Assembly (NCBI GenBank): GCA_963678065.2 | Contig: CAXXVZ010000004.1 | Span: 288,001 to 352,000, forward strand | DNA length: 64,000 bases | Origin: Treponemataceae bacterium | GTDB taxonomy: Bacteria > Spirochaetota > Spirochaetia > Treponematales > Rectinemataceae | Direction: 5' to 3' | In this document: positions 8,964-18,087 of the stretch, in pieces | Layout of the letters: each line of letters begins with the position of its first letter | Position numbering within the stretch: the first letter of the stretch is position 1 | The notes under the pieces: generated by a model | The model's input: the letters and a program-made list of their open reading frames with translations, nothing else | The model's database searches: none | Told to the model about the DNA's origin: nothing | Made by a program: the position numbers and the translations under genes

Positions 8964-11480
8964 TTTTAAATGCAGAAACGACGGAAATTACGATGATTCG
9001 CGCCGATAGAGAGAAGTTTCAAGCGGAAGTAGCATCAACAGTCTTCGTCGATGCAAGTGGTTTGAGAAAAACCAGCATGATCATCAGGGACCTGACCGAA
9101 AGGCGCAGAGCAGAACAGAATTACCAGAGGCTTTTTCATGAAATGTTGGACGGTTTCGCGGTTCACGAAATAATTTGCGGAGCGGATGGAAAACCTAGAG
9201 ACTATCGCTTTCTTGCAGTAAACCCTGCCTTTGAACGGATGACTGGCTTAATTGCAGAAAACATCATCGGCAAGACCGTCCTCGATGTTCTGCCGGGCAC
9301 CGAACAGTCCTGGATTGATACCTATGGTCATGTCGCTTTGACTGGCGAACCGGCTTTCTTCGAAAATTATTCGAAGAATCTGGATAAGTTTTTTGAGGTA
9401 ACTGCCTTCCAACCCATGCCTAATCACTTCGCCTGCATATTTGTCGACACTACAGAACGAAAGCGAACAGAAAGAGCGCTTCGGGAGAGTGAAAAGAAGT
9501 ATCGGCTTATCACCGAGACTATCGCAGATGTGGTTTGGACTTCGGATCTGGACTTCAAGATTACCTATATAAGTCCATCTGTGGAAAAAATGTTTGGCGA
9601 ACCCGCCGATGCTTATAAAAAGCGGTCGATGGAAGAGAGGTTCCCTCCGAAATCACTCAAGCTACTAAAAATGTTTTTTTCTGAAGAGCTTGAAAAAGAG
9701 AAAGATCCCGCTATCGATAAAGATAGATCGCGACTCATTGAAGTAAAAAGCTTCCGAGCCGATGGCACTACTTTCTGGGTATCCATGAACGTATCTTTCA
9801 TTCGAGACGAGAATGGAACGATTGCCGGATTACACGGGGTATCGTGTGATATTTCCGACCGCAAGAGAAATGAGGAGGAGATCCTCCACAACGAGGCAAG
9901 GCTGGAAGGATTGCTACGGATTGCTCAATACAAGGCTTCGTCGATCCAGGATCTTCTTGACTATGCCCTGGAGGAGGCGATCAAGCTGACGGACAGCCAG
10001 CTTGGGTATATCTATTTTTATAATGACCAGAGCAAGGAATTCACGCTCAACACATGGTCGAAAGAAGTGATGAAAGAATGCAGCGTCCGCAATGCGCCGA
10101 CCATCTATCAACTAGAAAAGACAGGGATCTGGGGTGAAGCCGTAAGGCAGGCAAAGCCAATCATCGTCAATGATTTCCAGTCACCCCATCCATTAAAAAA
10201 AGGTTATCCGGAAGGTCATGCGCGCCTCTATAAATATCTGACCGTTCCTATCTTCTCAGCCGACCGGATTGTGGCAGTAGCGGGAGTAGCGAATAAATCG
10301 GATGATTACATCAACACCGATGTCAGGCAGTTGACGCTGCTGATGGACTCTGTCTGGAGGATCCTGGAAGCGAAAAGATTGACGGAGGAACTGCTCATGA
10401 CAGAGGGCAGATATCGAAGCATCTTTGACAACGCCCAGGAAGGCATCTTTCAAACGAACAAGGAAGGCAAATTCCTTACCGTCAACAATGCCATGGCTAC
10501 CATGCTAGGCTATGATTCTCCCAAAGATCTCATGTCCGTCATCATCGATGTTGCCCATCAGGTATTCGTCAATCCTGAAGATCAACGGCACTTGCTGAAG
10601 GACATTGATGATCGGAATTCCGTGACAGGATATGTATGCCAGCATTACCGTAAGGATAAAAGCATCATCTGGGTATCGATAGATCAACATGCCGTCTACG
10701 ACAACGGGGGCAATACTCTTTATTATGAAGGGTTCTGCGAAGATATCACCGAACGCCGAATGAACACCGAGCGCATGAGAAAAGCCCTGGGAGCCACCGT
10801 CTATGCCATATCTGCCGCCGTCGAAGCCAGGGATCCCTATACTGCAGGCCATCAGAGACGAGTGGCGAATCTGGCCCAGGCAATAGCTGCGGAAATCGGT
10901 CTCTCCGCGGACCAGATCGAGGGGATTCGCTTGGCTGCCTCCATCCACGATCTCGGTAAGCTATCTGTCCCAGCCGAGATTCTCACTAAACCTAAAAAGC
11001 TATTGGAAACTGAATTCGACTTGATCAAGATTCATCCCCAAGCGGGGTACGATATTTTGAAGGATATCGAATTCCCATGGCCAATTGCCAGGATGGTCCT
11101 CGAACACCATGAACGAATGAACGGATCCGGTTATCCGAACAATCTGATCGGCGATCAAATTCTTATGGAGTCCCGGATCTTGGCGGTCGCTGATGTTGTG
11201 GAGTCGATGGCTTCCTACCGTCCGTATCGCCCAGCTTTGGGAATTGATGCAGCCCTGGAGGAGATCGAGAAGAACAGGGACATACTCTATGATAGAGAAG
11301 TCGTTGAGAATTGTGTGAAATTGTTTCGCAACAAGAACTTTATCCTGGTATAGTCAACGACCGTCCGCAAAGCAGGTGAATTTTTGCTCGTAAAATGGCA
11401 GGATCGATTTCGCGATGGACTTAGCCGTTGAAGGGTAGTACTGTTCCCCATGTCTGCCAGGCATGGATAGGGGGAATCTG

Positions 11481-12239
11481 ATGATCAGCGATCAGAATGA
11501 AACACCGACAACCTGCGACATAGCGAATTTCACCATCCAGGAAGTAACGGAATGCGGCAGAGCGGTGAGAACCATAGGGGCGGGGGCTTCAAGTATGGAG
11601 GAGGTGGCAGGAAGAATCGTAAGATACCTGTACGACACTCTGATCGATGGACAGACTGGCGAACGGGCTTGCCCGCTGATCCGTTTCTTCAAGACACAGT
11701 CCTATGAAGGTCTCCCCAGTGAACTACAAGCTTTTGCCGAAAAAATGCTTAGGGAGAGCCTTCCCACGCCTGGGGTGAAATGCCTGACCCTTTTGGGAAC
11801 TGCCGGGGACAATCCGGAATGGAATTCGAGAGGGGCCTCGAGGGGACATCAGGCGATTCCATTGCCAAGCGAGGAAGTGGTGCATCAGATTCCCATGATA
11901 CGAAATCTTATCAAGCAGTTGGGGCTGAGCGTGAAATCGGTCGTAAAACCGGACCCGGCCCTCCTGTTGGATATGGAGCAGAAAACCTATGGAGTGTTTT
12001 TTGTTCCGGAAGCGCTCGGCAGTCCTTATATCCCTGCCCAAAAAGAATTTGTCATCCGCCATGGCATACGATCGGTATTGGGATTCGGCGGAATGCTGCC
12101 ATCGCTGGATATCTTTGTGATTATCCTCTTCCTCAGGAATTCGATTTCCAGGGAAACGGCCGATCTCTTCAAGAACCTGTCGCTGAACATGAAACTGGCG
12201 GTGTTGCCTTTTGAGAAAAGGGTGTTTGCCTGCCCGTAA
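11481..12239 (+). CDS. Conserved hypothetical protein, possibly a degenerate GAF-like sensor
   Basis: Clean ORF with RBS agggggga-like motif; C-terminal PYIPAQKEFVIRHGIRSVLGFGG...ETADLFKNLS resembles the end of GAF folds. Confidence 0.7.
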   Translation: MISDQNETPTTCDIANFTIQEVTECGRAVRTIGAGASSMEEVAGRIVRYLYDTLIDGQTGERACPLIRFFKTQSYEGLPSELQAFAEKMLRESLPTPGVKCLTLLGTAGDNPEWNSRGASRGHQAIPLPSEEVVHQIPMIRNLIKQLGLSVKSVVKPDPALLLDMEQKTYGVFFVPEALGSPYIPAQKEFVIRHGIRSVLGFGGMLPSLDIFVIILFLRNSISRETADLFKNLSLNMKLAVLPFEKRVFACP

Positions 12240-12279
12240 AAGGTTGCGTGCCGATGACGGCGGAAGGAGCAGGAAATAT

Positions 12280-14133
12280 ATGGAGAATGGCGAACCTACG
12301 GCCGTTGAGAATCAGCTGCTCAGGTCTCAAATAGCGGCTCTGGAACAACTGCTCGACGTGTACGAAAAAAGCGTATTGGAGAAGGCGCACGAGCTTTACG
12401 AGGAGATTGCCAAGCGCAAGCAAATTGAAGAATCTTTGCGGCAGTCCGAAGAGAGATATCGAACCATAATGGACGAGATGGAGGAATGGTATTTCGAGAC
12501 TGACCTGGCGGGCAATATCACCTTTTTCAATGATCTTTTTGCCAATTATTTCAACTATACTCGAAATAAATTATTCGGTGTGAATTTTCGAAATTTCATC
12601 ACGAAAGAAGACTCGGATTCGTTGTCCAGACTATTCCAGCATGTTTTCAAAACAGGCAGGTCTACAAAGAACTTCCCCTATGAATTTATCCGCACGGACG
12701 GCACGACAACATCCATCGAGTTCTCCATTTTTCCCAAACGGGACAAGGATGCCAGAATAATCGGTTTTCGCGGAGTTGGCCATGACATAACCGAGCGGAA
12801 ACGCGCCGAAGACCAGATTCAATACCTCGCCACGCACGATAGTCTGACAGGACTGCCTAACCGTTTGATGGTCAGCCAGATGCTCAACAACTCAATACAG
12901 TCCGCGCGGCTGCACAAACGACAGCTGGCGGTTTTCTTCATCGACCTTGATCGGTTCAAGCAAATCAACGATACCAAGGGTCACGATGCAGGAGACCAGC
13001 TGTTGCAAGAGGTAGCCAAGCGGCTTAAGAAATCGTTGCGCGCAGCCGATATCGTCGGTCGTCTTGGAGGCGATGAATTCATCATTCTCATTGAAAAAGC
13101 GGGGGAGCTGAACCAAGTCGCATTCGTGGCGCACACGATCCTGACGAACATCATCAAACCGATGGTTCTTCTGGGTGAAGAATGCCGTATGACAGCCAGC
13201 ATCGGCATAAGCATATACCCCAAGGATGGCGAGGACGAACAATCCTTGATGAAAAATGCCGACATAGCCATGTATTATGCCAAAGAAGAAGGCAAGAACA
13301 ACTACCAGTTTTACTCCAAAGAAATTCAATCGCAATCGATAGAACGCTTGTCCATCGAGACAAACATGCGTCTCGCGCTTGAACGTAAAGAGTTCTTCCT
13401 GCATTATCAGGCGAAAGTCGATATCGAGACGAACATGATTACTGGTGTGGAAGCGCTGCTGCGCTGGCAGAATCCATATCTTGGCTCTGTGACCCCCACA
13501 CAATTCCTCCCCGTGGCTGAAGAAACAGGCCTGATCATACCCATAGGCAAATGGGTAATTAAGACTGCTTGCGCTCAAAATACTGCCTGGCAGCGACAGG
13601 GGCTTCCTGCTATCCGCATGGCTGTAAATCTGTCGCTACGGCAGCTCATGGATGACAATCTGGAAAACGATATCAGGACAGCGCTGAAAGATACCGGCAT
13701 GGCACCAAACCTGCTGGAACTCGAAATTGCCGAAAGTACGTTGATGCATAATCCGGCGCTCATGATTTCCATATTGACGAAAATCAAACGCCTGGGTGTG
13801 CGGTTGGCCATTGACGATTTCGGCACCAGTTATTCTTCCCTTTCCCAGATCAAGCACTTCCCCATCGATACGCTCAAGGTTGACCGATCCTTCATCCGCA
13901 ACATTCCGAAAGAGACCGAAGACAAGGAGATCACCAAGGCTATCATTGCCATGGGCAAAACTTTAAGCCTGGCCGTTGTGGCCGAAGGCGTAGAGACGAT
14001 AGAACAAGTCAATTTCTTGAAAAATCACTCCTGTGGCGAGATGCAAGGGTACTACTTCAGCAAGCCCATTGTGGCGGAACATTTTGCTGAACTTCTGCGG
14101 AAACATACTTCTGTAGGATTGAATCAACTATGA
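12280..14133 (+). CDS. Coiled-coil-PAS-GGDEF-EAL diguanylate cyclase/phosphodiesterase
   Basis: HDSLTGLPNR, FIDLDRFK, RLGGDEF, GVEALLRW, DDFGTSYSSL, VVAEGVE; start re-picked at ATG 12280. Confidence 0.93.
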   Translation: MENGEPTAVENQLLRSQIAALEQLLDVYEKSVLEKAHELYEEIAKRKQIEESLRQSEERYRTIMDEMEEWYFETDLAGNITFFNDLFANYFNYTRNKLFGVNFRNFITKEDSDSLSRLFQHVFKTGRSTKNFPYEFIRTDGTTTSIEFSIFPKRDKDARIIGFRGVGHDITERKRAEDQIQYLATHDSLTGLPNRLMVSQMLNNSIQSARLHKRQLAVFFIDLDRFKQINDTKGHDAGDQLLQEVAKRLKKSLRAADIVGRLGGDEFIILIEKAGELNQVAFVAHTILTNIIKPMVLLGEECRMTASIGISIYPKDGEDEQSLMKNADIAMYYAKEEGKNNYQFYSKEIQSQSIERLSIETNMRLALERKEFFLHYQAKVDIETNMITGVEALLRWQNPYLGSVTPTQFLPVAEETGLIIPIGKWVIKTACAQNTAWQRQGLPAIRMAVNLSLRQLMDDNLENDIRTALKDTGMAPNLLELEIAESTLMHNPALMISILTKIKRLGVRLAIDDFGTSYSSLSQIKHFPIDTLKVDRSFIRNIPKETEDKEITKAIIAMGKTLSLAVVAEGVETIEQVNFLKNHSCGEMQGYYFSKPIVAEHFAELLRKHTSVGLNQL

Positions 14134-14170
14134 ACAGCCGGGATTCAGGAATCGATCGTTTTCATCGATC

Positions 14171-15013
14171 TCACTCCATATCATGGACTTTGTTCGGCTC
14201 AAAAGCAGTTCCTGTTTTTTTCCCATTCGCCTTCTTCAGAAGAAAATACAGAACTGCACCGGATATCGCGGCAAGGACAAAAAAAACGTCAATATATGTA
14301 TGCGCAAAGTTCCCTACCGCTTTCATATTCGCGGTGATAATCGCGAAAACATTCCATGCCATGTGAATGAGAATTGTTAACAAAAAAGATTCCGTAACAT
14401 AATACATCGATGAGATAATGAAGAACGATAGGACGATTGTGACCACAATCGAGAACGGATTCACAAATCGGTCAAAGTGCTGAATACCAAAAAAAATCGC
14501 ATTGAGCCATAGAAAATCTATGCTGGCGATTTTTACGCATCTGAAATATACATATCGAAAATAAAACTCTTCGAAGAAAGGCGCCAGGGCAATCATTGTG
14601 AATATTCTATATCTTGGATACAGTGTTTTGGGTGGCAACGCCCCCACAATAACCATCAAAGTACATGCACAAAAGGTTATTGCGGAAAAGAACAGAATAG
14701 TATTCGAGGCTTTCCACCCATGAATTTCATTCCTGATAACATTTTTTATGTACCCAGATGAGGAATTGCCATTCTTGACCAAAAGACGTTTTCCGACGAA
14801 AAAGAGAACGAGATACAACGAAATATTGACTCCGATGTTCATTATTGCATTTGTAAAATCGATATCCTTGCTTAATAGATTCTCGATCATAGAATGCGGA
14901 AAAAGTGCATATGCCGATTTCAGGCAAAGAACGATGATTGCGCCGAAAAGAAAGACAATAGAAAGAGGAAACAGTGAGAAGAAAAAATAATTTAAAAGTA
15001 TTGACTTTTTCAT
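14171..15013 (-). CDS. CPBP (CAAX/Abi) family intramembrane metalloprotease
   Basis: APFFEEFYFR, FFGIQH, ILIHMAWN motifs; multiple TM segments; strongly AT-rich. Confidence 0.85.
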   Translation of the reverse strand: MKKSILLNYFFFSLFPLSIVFLFGAIIVLCLKSAYALFPHSMIENLLSKDIDFTNAIMNIGVNISLYLVLFFVGKRLLVKNGNSSSGYIKNVIRNEIHGWKASNTILFFSAITFCACTLMVIVGALPPKTLYPRYRIFTMIALAPFFEEFYFRYVYFRCVKIASIDFLWLNAIFFGIQHFDRFVNPFSIVVTIVLSFFIISSMYYVTESFLLTILIHMAWNVFAIITANMKAVGNFAHTYIDVFFVLAAISGAVLYFLLKKANGKKTGTAFEPNKVHDME

Positions 15014-15180
15014 TATTGACCTTCTGGCCGCTTATGCCTTCATATTGCATAAGCGGTCGATGTTGTATCCCTTTTATTATCTATCTAAATCTCTGTCGAA
15101 CTCAATCCAGAAAATAGATAAATTGACCCTCGCATTTCCCGTCTTAAGGCTTACTTCTATTCCCCATTGCGGAGGGAGGC

Positions 15181-16587
15181 TCAATGCGAGAGCTGGCCTT
15201 CTTTCAGGGCCGCGCCGAGGATTTTCTTCATGAGAGCCTCGAGCCTGAAGACCTCCCGCGTCTTCGCGCGCCCGAGAGCGAACCGATCTCTCCTTGCGCG
15301 CAGTTCGCCTGCGAGCTTCCTGAAGTCGAGCAAGCGGTAATCCACGCACTCTCCTTTCACCTTCCTCACGTAGAGGTAGACAGGAAGGATCTCGAGCGAG
15401 CTCACGCGGACGCATTCGGCGCCAGAGACTCCGGCGCTGCTGGCATTGCCGGCACTGGCGGCGCCGTCCGCACTGCCGGTTTTGTCTGCGCCGCCCGTCC
15501 TTCCCTTCGATATCCGTATGCGGGCGAGGCCTGAGAGGCGGGAATTGGGAAGGGTTCTGTGGATCGAGAGGAGGTCGCCGAGGGCGTAGAGGATGAGGCC
15601 CTCTTTCCGCACCCCCGTCGCCTTGTCCGTGTAGCCGTACTTTTCGACGGGCTGCACATTGTGCGGATGATTGCCGACGATGACGTCGATGCCGAGTTCG
15701 ATGAGCCTGTGGCCCATGTCGACCCCGTTCCGGACCGGATAGGACTCGAATTCGAGGCCCCAGTGAAGAAGGGCGACGACGGCGTCGGCCCCAGCCGCCC
15801 TCGCCTTTCTCACTTGCTTAGCTATCGGCGAGATGTCGGTGTCGGGCCTGTTGAGCCGCAAGTAGTTGGCCAGGTACTCCTTGCCCTCGGGCAGCTTGCT
15901 CCAGTTGACGGCGAAGGTGAAGGAGAGGAAGGCGATCTTGACGCCTCCTTTCTCCACCATCACGACGGCGTCCCTCTCCTCGGGGCTCCTGGCCGTCCCG
16001 ACGTGAGGGTATCCCCTGGCGTCGAGGAAGTCGAGGGTCTCGCGCAAGCCCGCCTCGCCCTGGTCCAGACAATGGTTGTTGGCGGTGGAGAAGAAGTCGA
16101 TTCCCTTTCCTCCGTCCGTGATCCTGTCGAACATCTCCGGGCTGTTGTTGAGGGCGCCGGCCACGAGGATACTCTTCGGGATGTAGCTCGGCGGCAGGGA
16201 TGGGGCGACGGGTGTCTCGAGGTTGGCGCAGGCGAGGTCGCCCGTGAAGTAGAAATCCCGGAGCTCGTCCCAGAGCGCGCCCGTCGTGTCGGGGCGCAGG
16301 CCCGAATGGGCGAGGATGTCGCCGCCCGCGCACAGGGTCATGCCCGCCGTCTCGACGAAGCCATCGCGGGGGCCAAAGTCGAGGTCCTGGCCCGCGAAGA
16401 ATTCCTCGAGGCCGGAGCCTGGCTCGGCCTTCTCGATGGGGCCGCAGTAGTACTTGTAGCCCCACCAGTACTTCTCGTCGAGACCCATGTGGGCGGCGTT
16501 TCCCTCGAGGGCGCGGGACGCGGCGAATTCCTTCCTGTGCCTGAGTCCGTAGAGCCAGCAGGATATCTTCACCTTCGTGTCGGCCAT
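15181..16587 (-). CDS. CapA/PGA_cap-family metallophosphatase-fold protein
   Basis: GGDIL, ANLETP, STANNHCLDQG, LHWGLEF, IVGNHPHNVQP, YALGDL; true start MADTK at 16587 after aaggagg. Confidence 0.85.
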   Translation of the reverse strand: MADTKVKISCWLYGLRHRKEFAASRALEGNAAHMGLDEKYWWGYKYYCGPIEKAEPGSGLEEFFAGQDLDFGPRDGFVETAGMTLCAGGDILAHSGLRPDTTGALWDELRDFYFTGDLACANLETPVAPSLPPSYIPKSILVAGALNNSPEMFDRITDGGKGIDFFSTANNHCLDQGEAGLRETLDFLDARGYPHVGTARSPEERDAVVMVEKGGVKIAFLSFTFAVNWSKLPEGKEYLANYLRLNRPDTDISPIAKQVRKARAAGADAVVALLHWGLEFESYPVRNGVDMGHRLIELGIDVIVGNHPHNVQPVEKYGYTDKATGVRKEGLILYALGDLLSIHRTLPNSRLSGLARIRISKGRTGGADKTGSADGAASAGNASSAGVSGAECVRVSSLEILPVYLYVRKVKGECVDYRLLDFRKLAGELRARRDRFALGRAKTREVFRLEALMKKILGAALKEGQLSH

Positions 16588-16616
16588 CTCGCCTCCTTCG
16601 CCTCGCCGTCGGCTTG

Positions 16617-17336
16617 TCAGGCCTTCTTTTCCTTGGGCACCACCTTGATCTGGCCCTTCTTGTACAGGAACCTCGCCCCGAAGATGGTGATGGGGATGAG
16701 GATTAGTATGATCACCCCCTCCCAGCCTTTGATGGGGAACAGAAGGTAATGCACGATGGCGACGACGGCGAGCGGCAGGATCATGGCCTTCCACTGCCCC
16801 TGTATCTCGACCGTGCCAGCTTCGCCGCCCGCCATGAAAGCGACGATGAGGGCGCCGAACAGGGCCGGCAGCACGTTGCCGGTGGCTATCCTCACGCCGG
16901 GATTGGCGAACACGGGCGCGAGCGGCGTTAGGAGGAGGGCCGCGACGATGATGACAGCCGTCGTCACGATGGACGATATGGCCACCGATATGGTCGACAG
17001 CACTTCGCCTTCCTCGCTCGCCGGCAGGACGCCGGCGTTTTTGAGGGCGTTCATGGCGCAGGGCAGCTTGATGTTGGAGACGTTCCCTGCCTCGAAGGTC
17101 AGGTACGAAGCCCCGGAACCGAGCATGGGCACGAAGCTCACGATCTCGGAGATGGCGATCGGCGTGAGGATGAGAAAGAGTCCCATCGTCGCCTTGAGCA
17201 CGGTGGCCAAGGTCGGGAAGATGTCGTAGACCGCGCAGACGATGGTCGGTATGGCGAAAAGCATGAAGAAGAATATGGTGAAACTGATCCGCCCTACCCG
17301 GTTGATCCTGTTGAAATACTGTACTCTTGTTTCCAT
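16617..17336 (-). CDS. Integral membrane protein (partner of DUF5058)
   Basis: Highly hydrophobic; ISEIVSFVPMLGSGASYLTFEAGNVSNIKLPCA motif; NVLPALFGAL. Confidence 0.7.
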   Translation of the reverse strand: METRVQYFNRINRVGRISFTIFFFMLFAIPTIVCAVYDIFPTLATVLKATMGLFLILTPIAISEIVSFVPMLGSGASYLTFEAGNVSNIKLPCAMNALKNAGVLPASEEGEVLSTISVAISSIVTTAVIIVAALLLTPLAPVFANPGVRIATGNVLPALFGALIVAFMAGGEAGTVEIQGQWKAMILPLAVVAIVHYLLFPIKGWEGVIILILIPITIFGARFLYKKGQIKVVPKEKKA

Positions 17337-17345
17337 GGCGTCCTC

Positions 17346-18062
17346 CTACTTCACCAGCCCTGTCCAGAGCACGGCGGAGCACATGCTCAGGATGAGGCTG
17401 AAGGCCAGGATGAAATTACCCATCCACGCGATTTTGTACTTCTTGGCGATGAAGGCCTGGAAAAGAGTCAGCACGATGCTCGTGATGAAGGTGGCGACAG
17501 CCACGAGGCCCTGCCCGAAGAAAGGCACGACGAAGACGGCGATGACGGCGAAATAGAGCACGGCGATGGCCACCGTGCCGAAGTCGCCGGCCTTGGCCTT
17601 CATCTTGACCGCGAGCGAATCCACCTTCTTGACGAAAATGATGTCCAGGATCATCGCGCCCGCCAGGCCTCCCGTCATGGCGTACATGATGGCGCCCAGC
17701 GGCTCGGGGCCGGCCTTGGCCGCGTCGGCGAGCTTGGCGAAGCCGAGGGCGCTCGAGGCCATGTTGGCCGCCATGAGCTCGTAGCTCACGCTGCCTATGA
17801 CCGAAAGCCTGAGCCAGGGCCAGGGTATGCCGAGGCTCGGCGCCAGGGCGGCGAGACCCAGGGCCACCGCGATGGACGGGGCTATGGTGAACACCGCCGA
17901 CGACTTGATCGTGCCGGATATCACCTTCTTCTCGATGCCCAGTTCCCTCGCCCGCTTCAGCGACATTCTGAGGAAGAGGATGCACTGCAGGATGACATAG
18001 GCGATGCCTATCCCGACGAGCACGAAGAGCAGGCCACCGTTGGCCACATCGAAGAATTTCAC
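17346..18062 (-). CDS. DUF5058-family membrane protein
   Basis: LGIPWPWLRLSVIGSVSYE motif; GTG start after aaggagg. Confidence 0.75.
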   Translation of the reverse strand: MKFFDVANGGLLFVLVGIGIAYVILQCILFLRMSLKRARELGIEKKVISGTIKSSAVFTIAPSIAVALGLAALAPSLGIPWPWLRLSVIGSVSYELMAANMASSALGFAKLADAAKAGPEPLGAIMYAMTGGLAGAMILDIIFVKKVDSLAVKMKAKAGDFGTVAIAVLYFAVIAVFVVPFFGQGLVAVATFITSIVLTLFQAFIAKKYKIAWMGNFILAFSLILSMCSAVLWTGLVK

Positions 18063-18087
18063 TGTTCGCCTCCTTATATCGATACTG

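Larger units (their letters stand above)
6541..11353 (+). pseudogene. REC-PAS(multiple)-GAF-PAS-HD-GYP c-di-GMP phosphodiesterase, interrupted by an IS
   Basis: 5' part (to 7568): receiver motifs VEDSEDD/ISDY/DYIMKG plus PAS. 3' part (8968-11353): PAS, GAF, HDLGK and HHERMNGSGYP. Deleting the IS plus one TTTT restores ...KNELLNAETTEITMIR... in one frame (~1137 aa). Confidence 0.9.

Noticed and set aside
15176..15182. gaggctc matching the start of the IS inverted repeat near the island's right edge
   Set aside because: Only 7 nt match and it runs into the CapA stop codon; chance
15415..15505. Gly/Ala/Ser-rich insertion in the CapA-like protein
   Set aside because: In-frame low-complexity loop with no clear repeat unit or intein motifs
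15181..17382. Apparent 733-aa fusion ending in CapA
   Set aside because: The N-terminal part is an off-frame read through the membrane gene at 16617-17336; the real start with RBS is 16587
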